A DNA stretch of 64,000 bases. Source: Iphione sp. A-MEVVRFRX5 (taxonomy: Eukaryota). Made by a program: the position numbers and the translations under genes. The stretch lies in contig OZ320317.1 of NCBI GenBank assembly GCA_976226885.1, forward strand, positions 59,706,001 through 59,770,000, written 5' to 3'. Shown here one piece after another: positions 42,001-56,440 of this stretch (position 1 is the first letter of the stretch; each line of letters opens with the position of its first letter). The notes under the pieces were generated by a model that made no database searches, was not told the origin of the DNA, and saw only the letters and a list, made by a program, of their open reading frames with translations.

Positions 42001-43382
42001 TTTCAAATGCCCTAAACTATGTATGGTCTTCATAGAGCAAGGAGGCTGTGATTCTGCAGTCAGAGAGCCCAGCCCAGTGCTTGCAGTTGACTTAATAAAC
42101 GCCACTTAAAACCAGTATTAATACTTGATAGGCGCAGCGGAAATACAGGGAGCAGTGCCCGCCCGTCTAAACGGCCGTCTACGCTGGCCTGGCCAGGCAG
42201 CAGCACCGTAATGGCTTCCTATCAAATGATAATATGAGCCAGGGACCCTATTAGCCGGCTGCTAAAATGTCCGGTTGATTACAAGATAGTTAGGCACGGC
42301 GATTAGAGGTGAACCGCTTCTATGTGAATGGGCAGAGGCTGTGCTCCGGTTCATCTTGGGCACAAAGGTGCTATTTCGATGCGAATCCTTGAAAATGTAG
42401 GCAATTCGGGAGGGTTCATTAAACTGGACGTTTGTGGCCAGAGTGTTACATGAGAGAAAATCCGATAAAGAATGGATAAGCAAAAACAGATAAAACAGAT
42501 GTAATGCAATGAATACTATACTGACTTTTTGAACTTCCATTTCCTGGTGTCATTATCATAAATAGCTTCAAATAAAACCGGACTATCAAAATGTTACTTA
42601 GCAATAGCTACCGCGCAATTTATCAAGCGGTTTTTGCATTCAAACTAACCGCGGCAATAGATGCCGAAATGAATGCTAGATTAAGAAAATAAATATGACG
42701 GCCTTACACTGAAAAGTCCTAAGGGATAATCCATATCAACAAAACAATCAAAGCGGGGACATAATTACGAACGCATAGGCCCCAAAATGATGATAAAGTA
42801 AACACAACTTTAAATAATGAACTGCGAGTGAGGTTAATTACCCATTCCTCATGCATCATTTACGTGCTCCCAGCATAGCATATAATTCGCTAACTAATGG
42901 CACAACGATTGCCACTCATTCTCCCGATTTTTGGTTTGTTGCTCTGAAAGTATTTGCAGCATGCATGCGCGAAGCGTCCATTACTTAGGGAAAATGGATA
43001 AACAATTTAATTCGCGATAATAATGGACACTTGGACCGCTGCCGCGAAATCTGTCATTCTGTCAATGTCCGGAAGCCACGTTAGAGATGCCAGGGTCCTG
43101 CTGAAGCAAGCTGGTCGCACGCCAGAGGTAGCAACGTATGGCGCACCTCTGACGTCGTCCACCCCGAGTGTCAACACGGTTTGACCTTTGTGGACCTGCA
43201 GGTGACTGTAAGTGGTCGGTGGAGGAGCCGTAACGGGCCGGTGTGGGATATGACGAAACGATGAGCGCGACATCACTGGCCATTAGCCATCACAAATTGT
43301 TGTGTCCATGTTTTATTCATGCCGCGGGCGAATGCTCTCCTGTTGACCTTCTGATCACGTGAACATCGCCATAATCGCATCC

Positions 43383-43419
43383 GTTGTCATGGCGACTGGG
43401 CAACGGTTGCCTTGGTGAC
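43383..43419. promoter_or_regulatory. Paired RFX X-boxes
   Basis: GTTGTCATGGCGAC (43383-43396) and GTTGCCTTGGTGAC (43406-43419). Confidence 0.55.
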
Positions 43420-46400
43420 GGGGATAGGTCTCGACTACCCCTATCTGCCTGTTGCGTAGAGGTGCTATCTAGCAAAAGGCGTCCGTTCAAAGCTGATACC
43501 ATTTGCCTTTAGAAGGTGTGTGGGTTATTTTTATATGATTTAACAATAAACCTTAGAGGAAACGCTGTGCTGCATCACTGCTGCAATCATAGCTCATTCT
43601 ACGTATGACGACCCCCACGTTCCAACACCCTACTGCCACTACCACTGTATTACTGCAAATGACAAATATGGCTGTGAGTTAATTCCTGGTTATTATCAGA
43701 ATATGTGGGATGATAACTATGTCATGATGGAATTTGATCTCGTAGATAAATCTCTCGCGGAGGTCTTTTTGCCGGGGCTGTAGGATCTATTATTCTTCTC
43801 TTTCGGGAGCACTAATGGAAGCTTCTGCGAGGGGATCAAATTGCTTGATATTTGAGTTTTCGCAGAACTTGAAAATAAAGACTTGTTTTAATAGAAGGGT
43901 CTATCTATCCTCCCTATTTGACAGATTTGATCTACTGTTCCATGGATCTGCCGTACTCTTATTATGTAAATGAAAGTCACTAGTAGCGCCATACGGGTCG
44001 AAGACGACTAGTGTCAATGCCGTAGCCCAAAGTACTGTCCTTGGTCTTCTGCCTCTCACAGGGATTCCCTTCAAAGGGCCTCCGGAAGCAGTGACTTCTT
44101 TCGGTCTTTCTTCGGCACGGCCTGTTTCAAGGTGCCTGCCGGAGCTGCCATTGTTTCAGCATTGGTGCCGCCTCCCGGGTTGCTAGCAGAAGGAACGCCG
44201 CCTCTGGGCCTGCTACCCAGGCAGCATCTGTGAAGGGCAGCAGGTGAGTGCAGTATGGGCAGCAAGCAGTAGGGCAGGAGACATGGTAAAGAGACCTCGA
44301 GAAGCGTTTAATAGACAGGAGCCGATCTTCACGAGTGAGGTTTGGAGTCAGGCTTTTTTCTACGACGTATAAAAGGGTCCAGTTTGGGCGTGAGTATAAG
44401 ACCACATTAGAAAAGATGAGCCACCAGGGTAAAGATGCGCATGTATACAAGCGATAACATAGATATAGCGTCTGAATCAAGCCCGCGGGTAGTTTAAAGC
44501 AGTCTCTCCTGTGGACAGAATACGTAAGAAAGCTGCAGAATGAGTACGCTACGCTACAGGAGATTGTAAGAGGTGTGCTGCATATAAGAGCTTACATTCA
44601 GGACGATTAGTGTGAGGATGGCCCCTCTGGGCAGCCTGAAGCGGCGCCTCTTGTTGGCAGCAGGTTAGTACAATATATTGGCATCAGCGTGTAAGCATCA
44701 AGCAAAAAATCCAATGGTATTGCGGGAGGTGTCGCCATTATAGCAGCTAAATATGGGCATGCCGTGTGTGAAAAGAAGCCTGTCGGAAAGCTACAGTACT
44801 GATTCTTCTTGGGTGGTAAGATAAAATGCCTAAGCAGGCTGGCGAAACATAAGCATCAAAAGAAAGAAGATCCTTAGAAATTCGAATACATGTACGTGTA
44901 TTTACTGAGGCTTCCAGATAGGACATCTCGTGTAACGATAGTGTGGGGAGGCAGTCTGAAGCTGAATTGGCGGAGAACATTTCGCTAGCCGGGCAGGCCA
45001 GTCGTCACAGGAAAAATCTACATGTACGTCAAATACATGCACGTTTAGAGAAACTGCATGTAGCGGACAGTATACAGATTATTGTCGAAACGTGGGAAAA
45101 CGTAGAGCAAGTGTCGTTGAGGAGCAAGTGTTGTTGATGAGAGTTATAATGTTTGACGATATTTAGAAATACTGATCGGTAGAGGCTGCTAGGAAAAATC
45201 TGTTACTGAATTACGAAAGTTCTATGTATTCAAATTCGTGTGTTTCGGTGCGTGTGCGCGCGTGCCGTGGGTTACATGATCTATACTTGGTGACGTAAAA
45301 ATGTACCTGTTCTGGCTAAGAAGTATACGAATAAAAGGGTAAAAGTTAATGGAAAATGCAAACGAATGGAGAGACAAAAACATTTTGAGAAGTTATGTAG
45401 GGCCCGGTTTTAGCGTGCTTTCCACCCGCTAAAAATCACAAACCCACATGTTTCAGCAGATAGTAAGCTCCACCAGAACCTCATAGCTCCAGGGGGGCTA
45501 CATACAACACCCCCTGGTGACGAATTACATTACAAAGCTCTATAGCTTCGGTTCAGAAAATCCCATCAGGGGTATTCAGCTAATGAGATAAGTTACGATA
45601 AAAAAAGCGACCAGGCAGGGTGGGCTCCGTGCTCTAGCATCAAAGGCAGTGTCGGCGCGACGCAGGCCAACTCGTCCTGTTCACTACCCCTTCCACGCAC
45701 GTAATCCTCCGCGGGGAAAAGAACTCAATTACGAATTTAATATTAATCCGCGCGACGTAATTGGACGACAAATAGTGCGCGTCTTCTCGGCGGATTGATT
45801 TGTGGCGCGCAATGGCTCCTTATCGCTGACACGACAACCAATTGTTCCGATCTGATAAATGTTTCATCAACTGCTCTTTTGAGAGGCTTAGCGTCCGTAG
45901 CTGATCGGTGAATCACGGACGGGTCCGTTCGCAGCGGCCTTATCTGCTCCGACTCAGCCATGTTTATGGGCCAGGATAGCTGTATAGTCTACCCCAGTAT
46001 CCCCTTAGATTATCCCAAATCACAGACAAGCTTATTTCATTAGAACATATCGGAATATCGTCTATGGAGTGGGTCCAACGTCTCCGTCGGTACATCCTGA
46101 GGGAACGCACAATGAACACTGTCAGCAGTGGACTCTCTTCAACAATGGGGATAGTTGTATGAACCTGTGCTATGAAACTATCGCATTAAGTATGGAGAAT
46201 AAGTACTACAGAAATGGTCTGGTTCTATCGTTCATAATCTTCCTCTGTCTACCAAACTGGCTTCATAAACAAAAATACTGCTTATAGATTTCTTTGGTTC
46301 TCACTGTAATATTTGCACAACTTCTGAAAGATATTTGTCCCTTTAAAGAACAAACTATTAAAACAATACCTTCGTCCCGTGACGCTAATCTTCTGCAAAC

Positions 46401-47498
46401 TTGGACGCTTTGACGCTCGACATTTTAAAGTGGCTTTTCCCACAAGCAACGCTTGCTGAGTATTACACATGGACAAATAACTCACGGTCACAACGCGTGA
46501 GTTTTCGGCACGTAAAGTGTTATCAAACGACCAGCGCAAGCATGCTTCAGCTGTGGTGGGCATCGATTGGTATTCCTCCCGATCGGTTAGTATGCACAAG
46601 GCTTACTGAGTTTGGTGCTGGAAGAAATGGCATGAATCTACCTGAAGTGTGAGCCATGGCAAATGTTGTCAAAATATTTGCCGGCGCCATACTACGGTAT
46701 AAGCAGGAACGTTACCTGGGCTCTCCTTTCATCTACCATGCCGTAGCGCTCGATCGTATTGAACAGCATGCATTTTTTTATTTGGTTCCATGTAATTCTA
46801 TGAAGAAAACTAAAAGTGAAATAAAACTGACCGAGGGGTGTTTCTTTGTCATGGGTGCCTTCCAAAATATTTACGGAAAACTTCATTTTAAAAAAGCAAA
46901 AAACAATAAAGACTTTTTCATATCATTTCTAAAAAGGCAATGTCTGTATACTTAGTGACAAGAGTGTTTTTCGATAATGTTGTTCTTCTTGCTGCTTTGC
47001 AATGACATTTTCTGTGACCGTTTTCAAGCTACCTATCAAATAACCGGAGACTTGTCAAGAAATCTTCACTAGTAGTAAGTCATCTAAAATTTCTGTCGCT
47101 TCACTGGTAAGAGTAATAATATCCAGCACTCCCAGTCTTGGTTGGTTTGCGGTTCTCTGCCTTTTGTGGAGTTCTGAAACGCCGCTAGAGGGCACCGGAA
47201 ACGGAAGAAGACACTTGCAGGACCATTCTCTTTCCGGCGTGAGGGTGGTGCGATGGCCTGATCACTGACGCTAACCCAATCAAGCTCTCACCCTCAACCG
47301 CTGGGACATGGAAGGGTGATCAGTTGCAGTACATTTTCTAGGGAGGTGATAGGTCGGTTATTGTTTCAGGCGGGTATTATATTGCCTTCTATGAGCGAGC
47401 ACTAAGCGTACGTATCAGATAAATAAGATGTATAGAGCTGGAAAAGATTTATACAGCTGGAAACGAGGAAGTAGGGTGGAAGGAGAGGTGGTGAGGGG

Positions 47499-47526
47499 AG
47501 ACAGATAGACAGATAGACAGACAGAC

Positions 47527-47560
<34 letters not shown>
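47499..47560. repeat. (GACA)/(GATA)n microsatellite within a GA-rich tract
   Basis: Direct reading. Confidence 0.9.
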
Positions 47561-47561
<1 letters not shown>

Positions 47562-50496
47562 GAGGCAGAGGCAGAAGCAGAAAGCAGAAGAGAGATGGAA
47601 GGGGCGAGAGCGGAAGAGAGATGGAGACAGGGAGAGAGCAGAAGAGAGATGGAGCGAAGGCACAAGGAGATATAAGGAAAGAGAGTGAGACAGAGAGTAG
47701 AGAGAGAGACAGATGACATATTATGTGGCTCTGTGTTGAACGAAGCAATGGAACTGGAGAGGGCACATTATTCGGCCTAGCTAGCCAGTAATGACCCATT
47801 TCATCAAGCAATACAACGCGCGACCTGTGAAATTGTCAATTACGCTGAAAGTGCACCTAGGATTATTCTGATGTAAGAGTCTCCATGCCCTGGTCCTGTA
47901 TGGCTCAGCGGACGTAGGCAACCCGCCGTTCTTTGGTACGGTCTACAGTTTCCGTTCTTTGCTTACCCGTCAGTTTATCGCTGTCGATGGCTGTATGTTC
48001 CAAAGATCCAATTCTTAATTATTGTGTTCTATAACGCCTTTCCCGTTGTGCCCTTTTCTTTACGGATGGTAACAAAGCTACATGTCAGTGTTCCTGCCTA
48101 CGCAATGGGTGTAGCCCTTCTGTGTATGGCAAACTAAGTGAGTTCTTCCTACTTGGGCATTTGCCAATCTCATGGGGTGTAATCAAAAGCTCGCTGGCGT
48201 TTCATAACCTCCCACCAGTAAAGAATGGGGCTATTTTCATCGCTTGCATAAGAGGGCATTTCGTTATTACGCTTCGCTGATACAATAGTGTGTTGATAAT
48301 TGGATTACTGCTTGGTCGCAGCTATCCGGCCTGATTTTATTATTTTCTAAGATTTCGGGAGGTCATTAAATATCTGAACTTTGTACGTAAGTCCCAAACA
48401 CATTTCTTACGGCTTTCCAGGACCTAATACGTGCGAGCCCCATATTAAAACGATTACCTTCAGTGCAAGCCAAACCGAATGCAATACACCCAATTCACCC
48501 CACCCACCCCCACCCACCCCCAAAAAAGCCTTTGCTAGGTTCTACCGCCTTTTTAAATTGGGCATAAAGCTGTTGCCTCCTTTCCACGGACTGCACTGCT
48601 TTGCCAATTGATGGAAGTCTAATTGGAAAAAGCCTCCGCCAGACATTTGGCTCTATGTGCCATTTGCTTCTACAGAGCTAGTGCTAAGTCGGCGCCTTTG
48701 TACCTTCACTCTGAGCTTTAGAGCTCTGCTACAAGATCTCTCGGTGGCACGGATGCACATAGCACTCCGTAACTGCGGGGTGCCCTTCCATAAGTGTAGC
48801 AGCCTTAAATCCCCGCCTCTAATTAAGCCGACATTTCTTGTGCGACTGTTCACTTTTGTTGAGTAATTGCCTCCAGGTACGGTGATCAGGTATCATTTCA
48901 TTTTACACATGTGACTCGCCGCTCAAATCCGCCTGCCTTTGAAGACATTTATGCCGCGCGGCCCACCGTTAGCTATTCCAACCATCTACAGCATTGTACC
49001 AACATGCTCACTCCATTGCGCTACGTCCAGTTGTTGGAGCTCATCTCTTTCTTGCAAGTTCTTTTATTTCAGGCCATTCTCTTACCGACTCATATTTATG
49101 CACAAAGCAATTATAACATATTCCCAAACGTCTTCTCATCCTTTTCTATGATTAGTGTATCCAACTGATAATGCCCGTATCAGTGCATGGATATATGCAT
49201 ACAATGCAGGTGCTGTTTACAGAACTATTTCCGTCATTACTTAGAGAACCCTATGCTTACTGACGTCCTACCTAATACCACATTCTGAGATCTCCACGGT
49301 TACACCTAAGCCACACTAGGAGGTGGTCAATGGCGAACAATTGTATCTGAATGGCCTTGGTCCAAAAGCCAATGATTACCTAGTGAAAGCTTTAGGCAGT
49401 AACTTTACCTGGTCGTTACCTGCCATCGCTCAGGGAGAACAGAACCAAACAGCTACGTGATCCTGTCACGTAATACAACTGTCCTCCAGAAATCCTCATT
49501 AAATAAAGTGAGACCGAGAAAATTCCTCCAAGAGAGATAGGCCACGAAGGTTAAAACAAGGCTGTCATTGCATGTTTATTGTTGATCTGACAAAGGACGG
49601 ATGAGCTAACCCTGGAAGCTCGACAGTATCCAAGCTAATAAACGTACAGAAGTGTATACAACTGGCCCAATCATATAGAACAGCTTGTAGAAAAAATGTC
49701 ACATCTCCTAGAGCAACTACAGACATGCTCTTCACGATATACATTGTACTACCAAACAGAGCCTTCAACAAAGCCCTCTTTTTCCATGCTACTTGAACTG
49801 GAGACCTCCCCTTATTCAAAGCCGACTAAAGACTTAAAATCGTGTTGTTTCCCGTTATCATTCATTTAATCTTCTTAATGTGCTACTGAATTCTTTTTAA
49901 ACGCCCCCGGTTGTCTGTAAGCGCTATGTAAGAAGATGCTGACAGATGTTTCTGGTGGAACAAAAGCTGCCTTTCATCCCATTTTCCGCGAAACACACAA
50001 GCAGCATATTACTTCCATATAGTACTGTCACCCAAGCGGCAGGCTAATAGGTGCCACATCGCGACACTATTTTTATGTGGAAGACGTATCAAACGAGTTG
50101 CATGTTACTATATGACATATCACAATAGTGCATTATTTCTACCAAAGGAACGGCGACAGCCAAAAGGGCCAGCGAGGATTCCTGTTACAGTTGAGGCCTT
50201 TCGAGACCGTTGACCTTTCTCTCGCCTTCACAAAGGGAAATTGATCCGGCCTTTTATAAAAGAGGAATTCGAGGCGGCCGTAGGGCGGTCCACTGTGCCG
50301 GTGAGGGTGAAGGAGCAGCGGGGCGGAAGGAGCGGGCCGGCGGGGCCCTAGGCCCCGGTGGCAGGGCGCGACCGCTGCCGGCCATACTAAACTGTGACCT
50401 GTGTCGGGTGGCCACTGATAGCTGCCCCTGCCCGCCTTGCTCACGCCTGTCCTGACCTCTAACGCGCACCGACAACTGTCCTCCATTAATGACGTG

Positions 50497-50528
50497 GTTC
50501 CCATGGCAACAGGCGTCCCCATGCCAAC
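50497..50528. promoter_or_regulatory. RFX X-box plus adjacent near-match in a GC-rich island
   Basis: GTTCCCATGGCAAC then GTCCCCATGCCAAC. Confidence 0.5.
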
Positions 50529-51438
50529 GCCATATCCTGCACTTATGCACATATGCCATATTGCTATCAGGGCGTCGCCACGTCTTGACGGCCACTCAGA
50601 TGGGCCGACCCTGTTAAAACAATAGGCACACGCAGACGGAGACAGGGTGCATGTTTCAACATATAGTGTTCGAGGCGTGGTTACCTACTTGTAGGAGACA
50701 GGGACTCTTGTTGGCATCAATCTTGGGCACTGTTTGTTTGCTTTACGTTCCTAATGAGGTCTCCTGTCTGCGGTCAGCGAGGTTCTCCTTTATTATATCC
50801 AACATTATTTCGTGAACTGAAGGTTTACCTCGAAACAATGTACGATGTAGATCACAGGCAACTGCTTTCTCTGTCACGGAATACCAGCGTGTTAGAGATT
50901 AGTACTCCGTATCTTCAGAATCCTACTAAATGTACAAATATCAAAGGTAATTATTCTTTATTTATTCATGGATTCTGTCAGTCGAGTTGGTATCTGAAAC
51001 ATACTGCCCTACGAGATAAGAAAACACCTGGAAGACAAGTTGGGTCTGTGAAACTCCAGATTTTCTTGATAAGGTCAACAGTAGCGCCACCGCACGGTAC
51101 AAGAGCTAAACAAAGAGCACCACTATACAGAACGGCCTGTGTGTAGATTACGGGAGATATTTATACGGAAATCATAAAGTATAATGCGGCACGCGACTTC
51201 GGTGGAAGGAGATAAGGTTTGCACAACTACTATGCATTCTCGTTTGATCATACTGCGCCGAACGGCGCGCCTGCCAATTACAAAATATGCAAATGGCAAA
51301 AAAGGTTAATTGCTGGTGGTGGTGATGGCGCGAGGTTGGACGTGTGGGAGTGTGGTGTAACGTGGCACTTAAGTGAGAAATTACACAGTTTTGGGATCGA
51401 TGCAGGAAACATAAAAGAAAAACCAAAGGGACGTGGAC

Positions 51439-51444
<6 letters not shown>

Positions 51445-51510
<66 letters not shown>
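51445..51510. repeat. (AG)33 microsatellite
   Basis: Direct reading. Confidence 0.95.
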
Positions 51511-51513
<3 letters not shown>

Positions 51514-53214
51514 CTATCAGATAAAGGGGTAGATAAACAGACAGATTGAGAAAAAGACAGTACGGAAAAATTAGAATTACATGTGAGAACAGACGAAGGG
51601 AAGACCGAAGAAGGAGCGAAGAGAACTACGAAGCAACAGTAATGGTGGCATGTCCACAAGGCATTTAACACTGCAAAGTGATGGAAGATGATAGACAATA
51701 ATTAAGCGACAGATGACAATATGACATGAGCGCTGCTGAATGAATTGAGGACGCATAGAGGAACTAAAAAAGAGCCAAATTATATGAGGTCAAATGAAAC
51801 AGGAGACACACAAAAGGGAGAAATACAAGGAATGAAGATTCAACGTCATTTGGTAATCTCAACCATCAAGCAGATTATCTGAAACTAAACTCAACAGTTC
51901 GAGTTGACTTTAATAATAATGTGTGAATAAACAATTGGGTTTTTAGTATTTCCAAAAGGGGCACATACAGTGTAGCGGGGCATCATACCTGGTGCAGTGG
52001 TCTGCCTGTAAGAAAAAGTTTTCTTTTGTCGTAGCCCTCGGTTCACCAGACCGGCCCCTCCGGTATAATAGCACCACTGACCAGTCCGACAGCATGTGCT
52101 GCCTAATGCGCCAGCATTCTGCCGACAGAGGCACTGCTATCTCTCCCGTACGCCTGCCTATGCCAAGCTGCCATAATATTTTGTTTGCGCTAATCTTTCT
52201 TCCTTGGGGCGCCCTCCATCTGCCGCTAGGGGTATATGGTGCGTTCTGAGGGCTGCTGCTGCTGCCGCTGGCTGAGGTATGAGACACTGCTGAAGAAGCC
52301 GCTCTGCTTCACCTTTTCTAGATGTGGGTATCTGCAGCGCAAAGCCCGCCCTACTATTGACTTACTATGATTCAGCGTAGTCGATGACTGCCACGGAATA
52401 GCCCGCCAACTGATATCCTTGTGGCAACCCGCAAGGCATTCATCCTACCTATAGTTGTCCCTGTCTCTCCTCTTCAGCATCAACATGCTTCTGTCCTATT
52501 CCTCTGTTTCATCTATCTGTCCCACGCTACAGGCCCCAGGACCTCACTCGAAGAATTGGCTAAGCTTGCCCATAACCTACCCACGTCCTAGAGCAACTCA
52601 TCTCACTACCGACTTGATACCAAGATACTGCAACATAACTGTGACGCCCAAACGGCCCTACTAGCATGCAATCTTTCGCTCGCCTACAGGGAGACATTAA
52701 CAACCTGTCACCTACCCTAAACCTCCTTTTCCCTTTATTATATTCAAAACAAACCGGCTAAACCCTTGCGTTGAAGTCCAGAGTCAGCTCTGAGCAGCTC
52801 ACAGCTTCATCGCCACTCATCATCTTTCGTCATTCTTTCCCAACTACATTCTTTCGATTCTTTCCAACTGCCCGCTTCTTACAATCCAATGCCTGCACCG
52901 TACTGGCAGACATCCTCAGCAGCCGTCTTTCCCCACTTCTTTGGTGGGTACCGGCAGTTGGGTACGACCAAGGGGTAGCCATAATGATCACCTCACATAG
53001 CCATGACCGCTGGCAGATTAGCGCAAATGGGCCGCCCAGCAAAATTGGCAGCATGTTTTGGTGGTGGATAGTGTGGTGTCATGCCTGAGTGCTTCTCGGC
53101 CTTGCAGGCTGCAGCCTTAAATTGTCAATAAATATCGACAGCATAATCTTTCATAATGCGGCATGCCTATAATGAAAGGTTTCTTGGCAGACCGGACCAC
53201 AGGCCCATTTTCTG

Positions 53215-53253
53215 TACTACTACATGTACTACTACTACTACTACTACTACTAC
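53215..53253. repeat. (TAC)n microsatellite, once interrupted
   Basis: Direct reading. Confidence 0.9.
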
Positions 53254-54851
53254 TTCGAGATTGTGACGAGAGCTATTTACAAAGAATATTATCTCTTACG
53301 GTGTCAATCGAATGTTGATAGAGAAAAAGTGAAGAACAACAGCTTCGCTTTACACTTAGGCATAGGAATCAATGTTGTGTTCAAAAAATGTACAGAATTT
53401 CCTTCTCTGTAGATCGAGGTATAGCTGTGTCGGCCTACCTATTCCCAACAGGTCACGGTAACCAAGAAAAGCTAAATGTAAACCTATCATATGTGATTAT
53501 TCAACTGTCTTTTCACTATATATAACATGCTCCACATTCTTGACAAACCTATAAATTCAACATTACAGACACCGCTACACTATGCTACCAGTCTATTTGG
53601 TAAAAAAAAGGTCTATACGAATGCCTTACCAATATACATATTGCCAACACAGAATACTACTGTGACCATCTCCTCAACAAATCTACAGATTCTTTTCCAC
53701 TGACCATTCTATCATGGCGCAAATATCTTCTCATCAAATATACCAATGCATTACCACTCTCTACTTTATCTTCCCCGACCATTTTATCAAAAAAACTTAC
53801 CGATTCTACCCCCAAATATCCCAACGACTCTATCTGCGCAAGCCATCCAACCTACTGTATCCAATATGGGCTCATCCTACTTCCTGAACCTTCCAATCAC
53901 CATTGGTAAGAAGGGCCCTTTATGTTCTTACCCTCTGATCTAGACGCCCATATATATTTCTACATTCTTTTCCCACAACTTCAATATCTGCCATGACCTT
54001 GGCAACGTAAAGTGAATATTGGCGGAGTGTTTGTCCCTAGTGGAATAAAAAAAGGTGTGATCGATTGCAGAGACAACGCAATTGTTTTTTCTGACGTTAA
54101 GAATACGAAGATGCAAAAAGTGTTTTGATACAGGGCGCCAACGACCAGTAAAAGCTGTGCTACAATTTTGTTAATCCAATAGCACTGGCGTCTGGACTTT
54201 TATGAGATAGAGTGGAACGCATGCTACGACAGGCCATCTGTTATTTAAGTCGCGGTAGTGTATCTCTTTATGGGAAGAATGCACCTAAGCCCCTACGACT
54301 TTTCGACGTTATAACGTTAACTTGCTCGCTTGGCATTTTCTTTGAATTTTATTTTTCAAGAGAACAAGCGACCTACTAAATTACTTGAGATGAAATTGCT
54401 TTAGATTTTTTTTCACTCAATATAAACAAATGTTGCTTGATGTATGTTGTTCAATGTTATGTAGCTGATATACATGTTCATGTATGTACGACGAACCTAT
54501 GTCCTTCTGTACATATAGAGTGCGGAATTCTCATGAAGTTACAAATACTGAAACTTCAATTTCAACACAATCTACAGAAAAATATCGCGTTCCTGTTAAG
54601 CACAGTTATAGTACGGTTTTGGAATTCCAGAAATAGGTGGAAATGTTGGAGCAACTTTTGGATAGGAACCGTCCGGACATATTCTATATGTGCAATCGTA
54701 ATGGATGTGACTGTGGTATGTGGCAATGGGAGTGGTCGATCCATTGACACATCGCGCGACGAGCCCTGACGGCTTCTCCGACCGGCAACAACAGCGACGT
54801 CGGCGGCGGCGACAGGCGGCGGCTGCCTGGTGCCGTCGTCGTCGCCATATC

Positions 54852-54938
54852 TAATCCCTCACTCGAGATCTCATGCTAATCCGGCTAATCCGGAGCGATT
54901 TATGACGGCAATAATCCTATCATTGGCTTAGCGGATTA
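54852..54938. promoter_or_regulatory. Homotypic cluster of five TAATCC (K50 homeodomain; Otx/Pitx/Gsc-type) sites
   Basis: TAATCC at 54852, 54877, 54886 and 54912, GGATTA at 54933; TTTATGAC between them. Confidence 0.6.
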
Positions 54939-56407
54939 CCATATGGCGGCCCACTTTGGGGCGGCGAGTGGGGCGCGGGATGCCGGCGGGAACGGGCGGT
55001 GAGGGGCTCCACTGGCAAGTCAAGCTGCTACGTCGTAGACAGGGCAGTCCTCGCTTAGCCTGCTGAAGGCCGGAGGGGCAGGAGGGTGACCTATGGGGCC
55101 GGCCTGGCAGATGAGTAGTACTACTAGCAGCAAGAGAGCCTGAGTCTGCTGAGCGAGGGGTGGAGGGGGGGGGGGCGATATAGCGGGGAGCGACCGGCAT
55201 GGTGGCTGGACTGGACCTACAGCCATCAGATCCCGTCAGCAGGCCCATAAATAGGGCCACCGTCAAACCCTCAAGCAACAGACCCTCTGGCAAGACACCG
55301 ACTATGTATGTGTGTTCGTCCGTCTGTTTGAAAGTGGGGACTGTTGGGAAGATGGACGGTGAGGGGATACGTATGGGCAAATTGTACACTGCGAAGCAGA
55401 CAGTAATTATCCCATAGCCCTTACAATACTTGTAAATAATGACGTATACATTAAATGAATGAACGTGGCCACCTTTTTGATACTGCCTGTTGTGTTCTAT
55501 TGGGTCGACCTAAAATGTCCCTCGACATGGATTGATTTCTTCCAATAAATTAGCACAATCCCTTTCTAACTACCACTTTTACTGCCACGCGCAACATTTA
55601 CAACACAAGACTATCTTAATTTGTCGATAGTCTTCGCCAACGAGCCATGAAAACGCACAAGGATTATGCCAAAAGAGTTAACCTATAGACAGAATATGTG
55701 AGAAACAGATGACGATGAAAGTAACAGGGGACTAACAGGTAGTCAGGGTAAGAGACAAAACACGGGATATTAGATGTGAGAAAAAGGTGCAAAAACCACA
55801 AATACATCAAGTTTCAACTAGCCCTAGAGACATGATGTCAGGGAGAGAGAGATAATCCCGGCTGCAGACGCTCGAGTGGAATAGTCCCTCGCGGAGATTT
55901 ACTGACGCCAACCTACTAATCTGAGAGTGAATCATAATTAAGATAATCCTCTTTGCACGGAAACAGAAATCGATGAAACTGTTGCGTTTGAATGCGCCGC
56001 TTGTCAAACCCTTGCCCCTCCAACCATCAAGGGCTGCGAACAAAATATCTTCTGTGTGTGAAGGAAGAGTAACTCGACAATCGGTAAAACCTCTGACTCA
56101 AAACTTCTTAGCAGTTTTTTTTATAGGTCGCTCTAGTCCTAGCAGAGCCGTACATGTATTTATGTATTTATTCAACGGGCTACTCGCTCTACCGGTACAG
56201 TTGCGTTTCAAACATCTATCAGATAGTGTTAATGGTTGTCAGCCGTCGTTTTACTGCGTCTGAACATGATGTAGACACATCAAATACATTCTCCCATTTA
56301 CCTCCTGTTGTACAAAAAGACGGTATACATGCATACAAATTATATCGAGTAAGCATAACGATGAATATCCAATATTGGCTCCTCGCTTCGCTTAAAATAT
56401 GGAGCGA

Positions 56408-56409
<2 letters not shown>

Positions 56410-56436
<27 letters not shown>
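56410..56436. repeat. (AT)n microsatellite
   Basis: Direct reading. Confidence 0.9.

Positions 56437-56440
<4 letters not shown>

Noticed and set aside
44071-44265. Possible terminal exon on the minus strand (…KKDRKKSLLPEAL*)
   Set aside because: No homology, and a stop upstream of the polycystin exons would not fit the gene model.
47402-47811. ORFs of 82-120 aa over GA/GATA repeats (also 23441-23698, 51381-51698, 53224-53412, 56154-56500)
   Set aside because: Translations of microsatellites.
51989-52005. 17-nt microexon-like segment with strong acceptor and donor
   Set aside because: Not a multiple of 3, no supporting homology; such pairs arise by chance in 64 kb.
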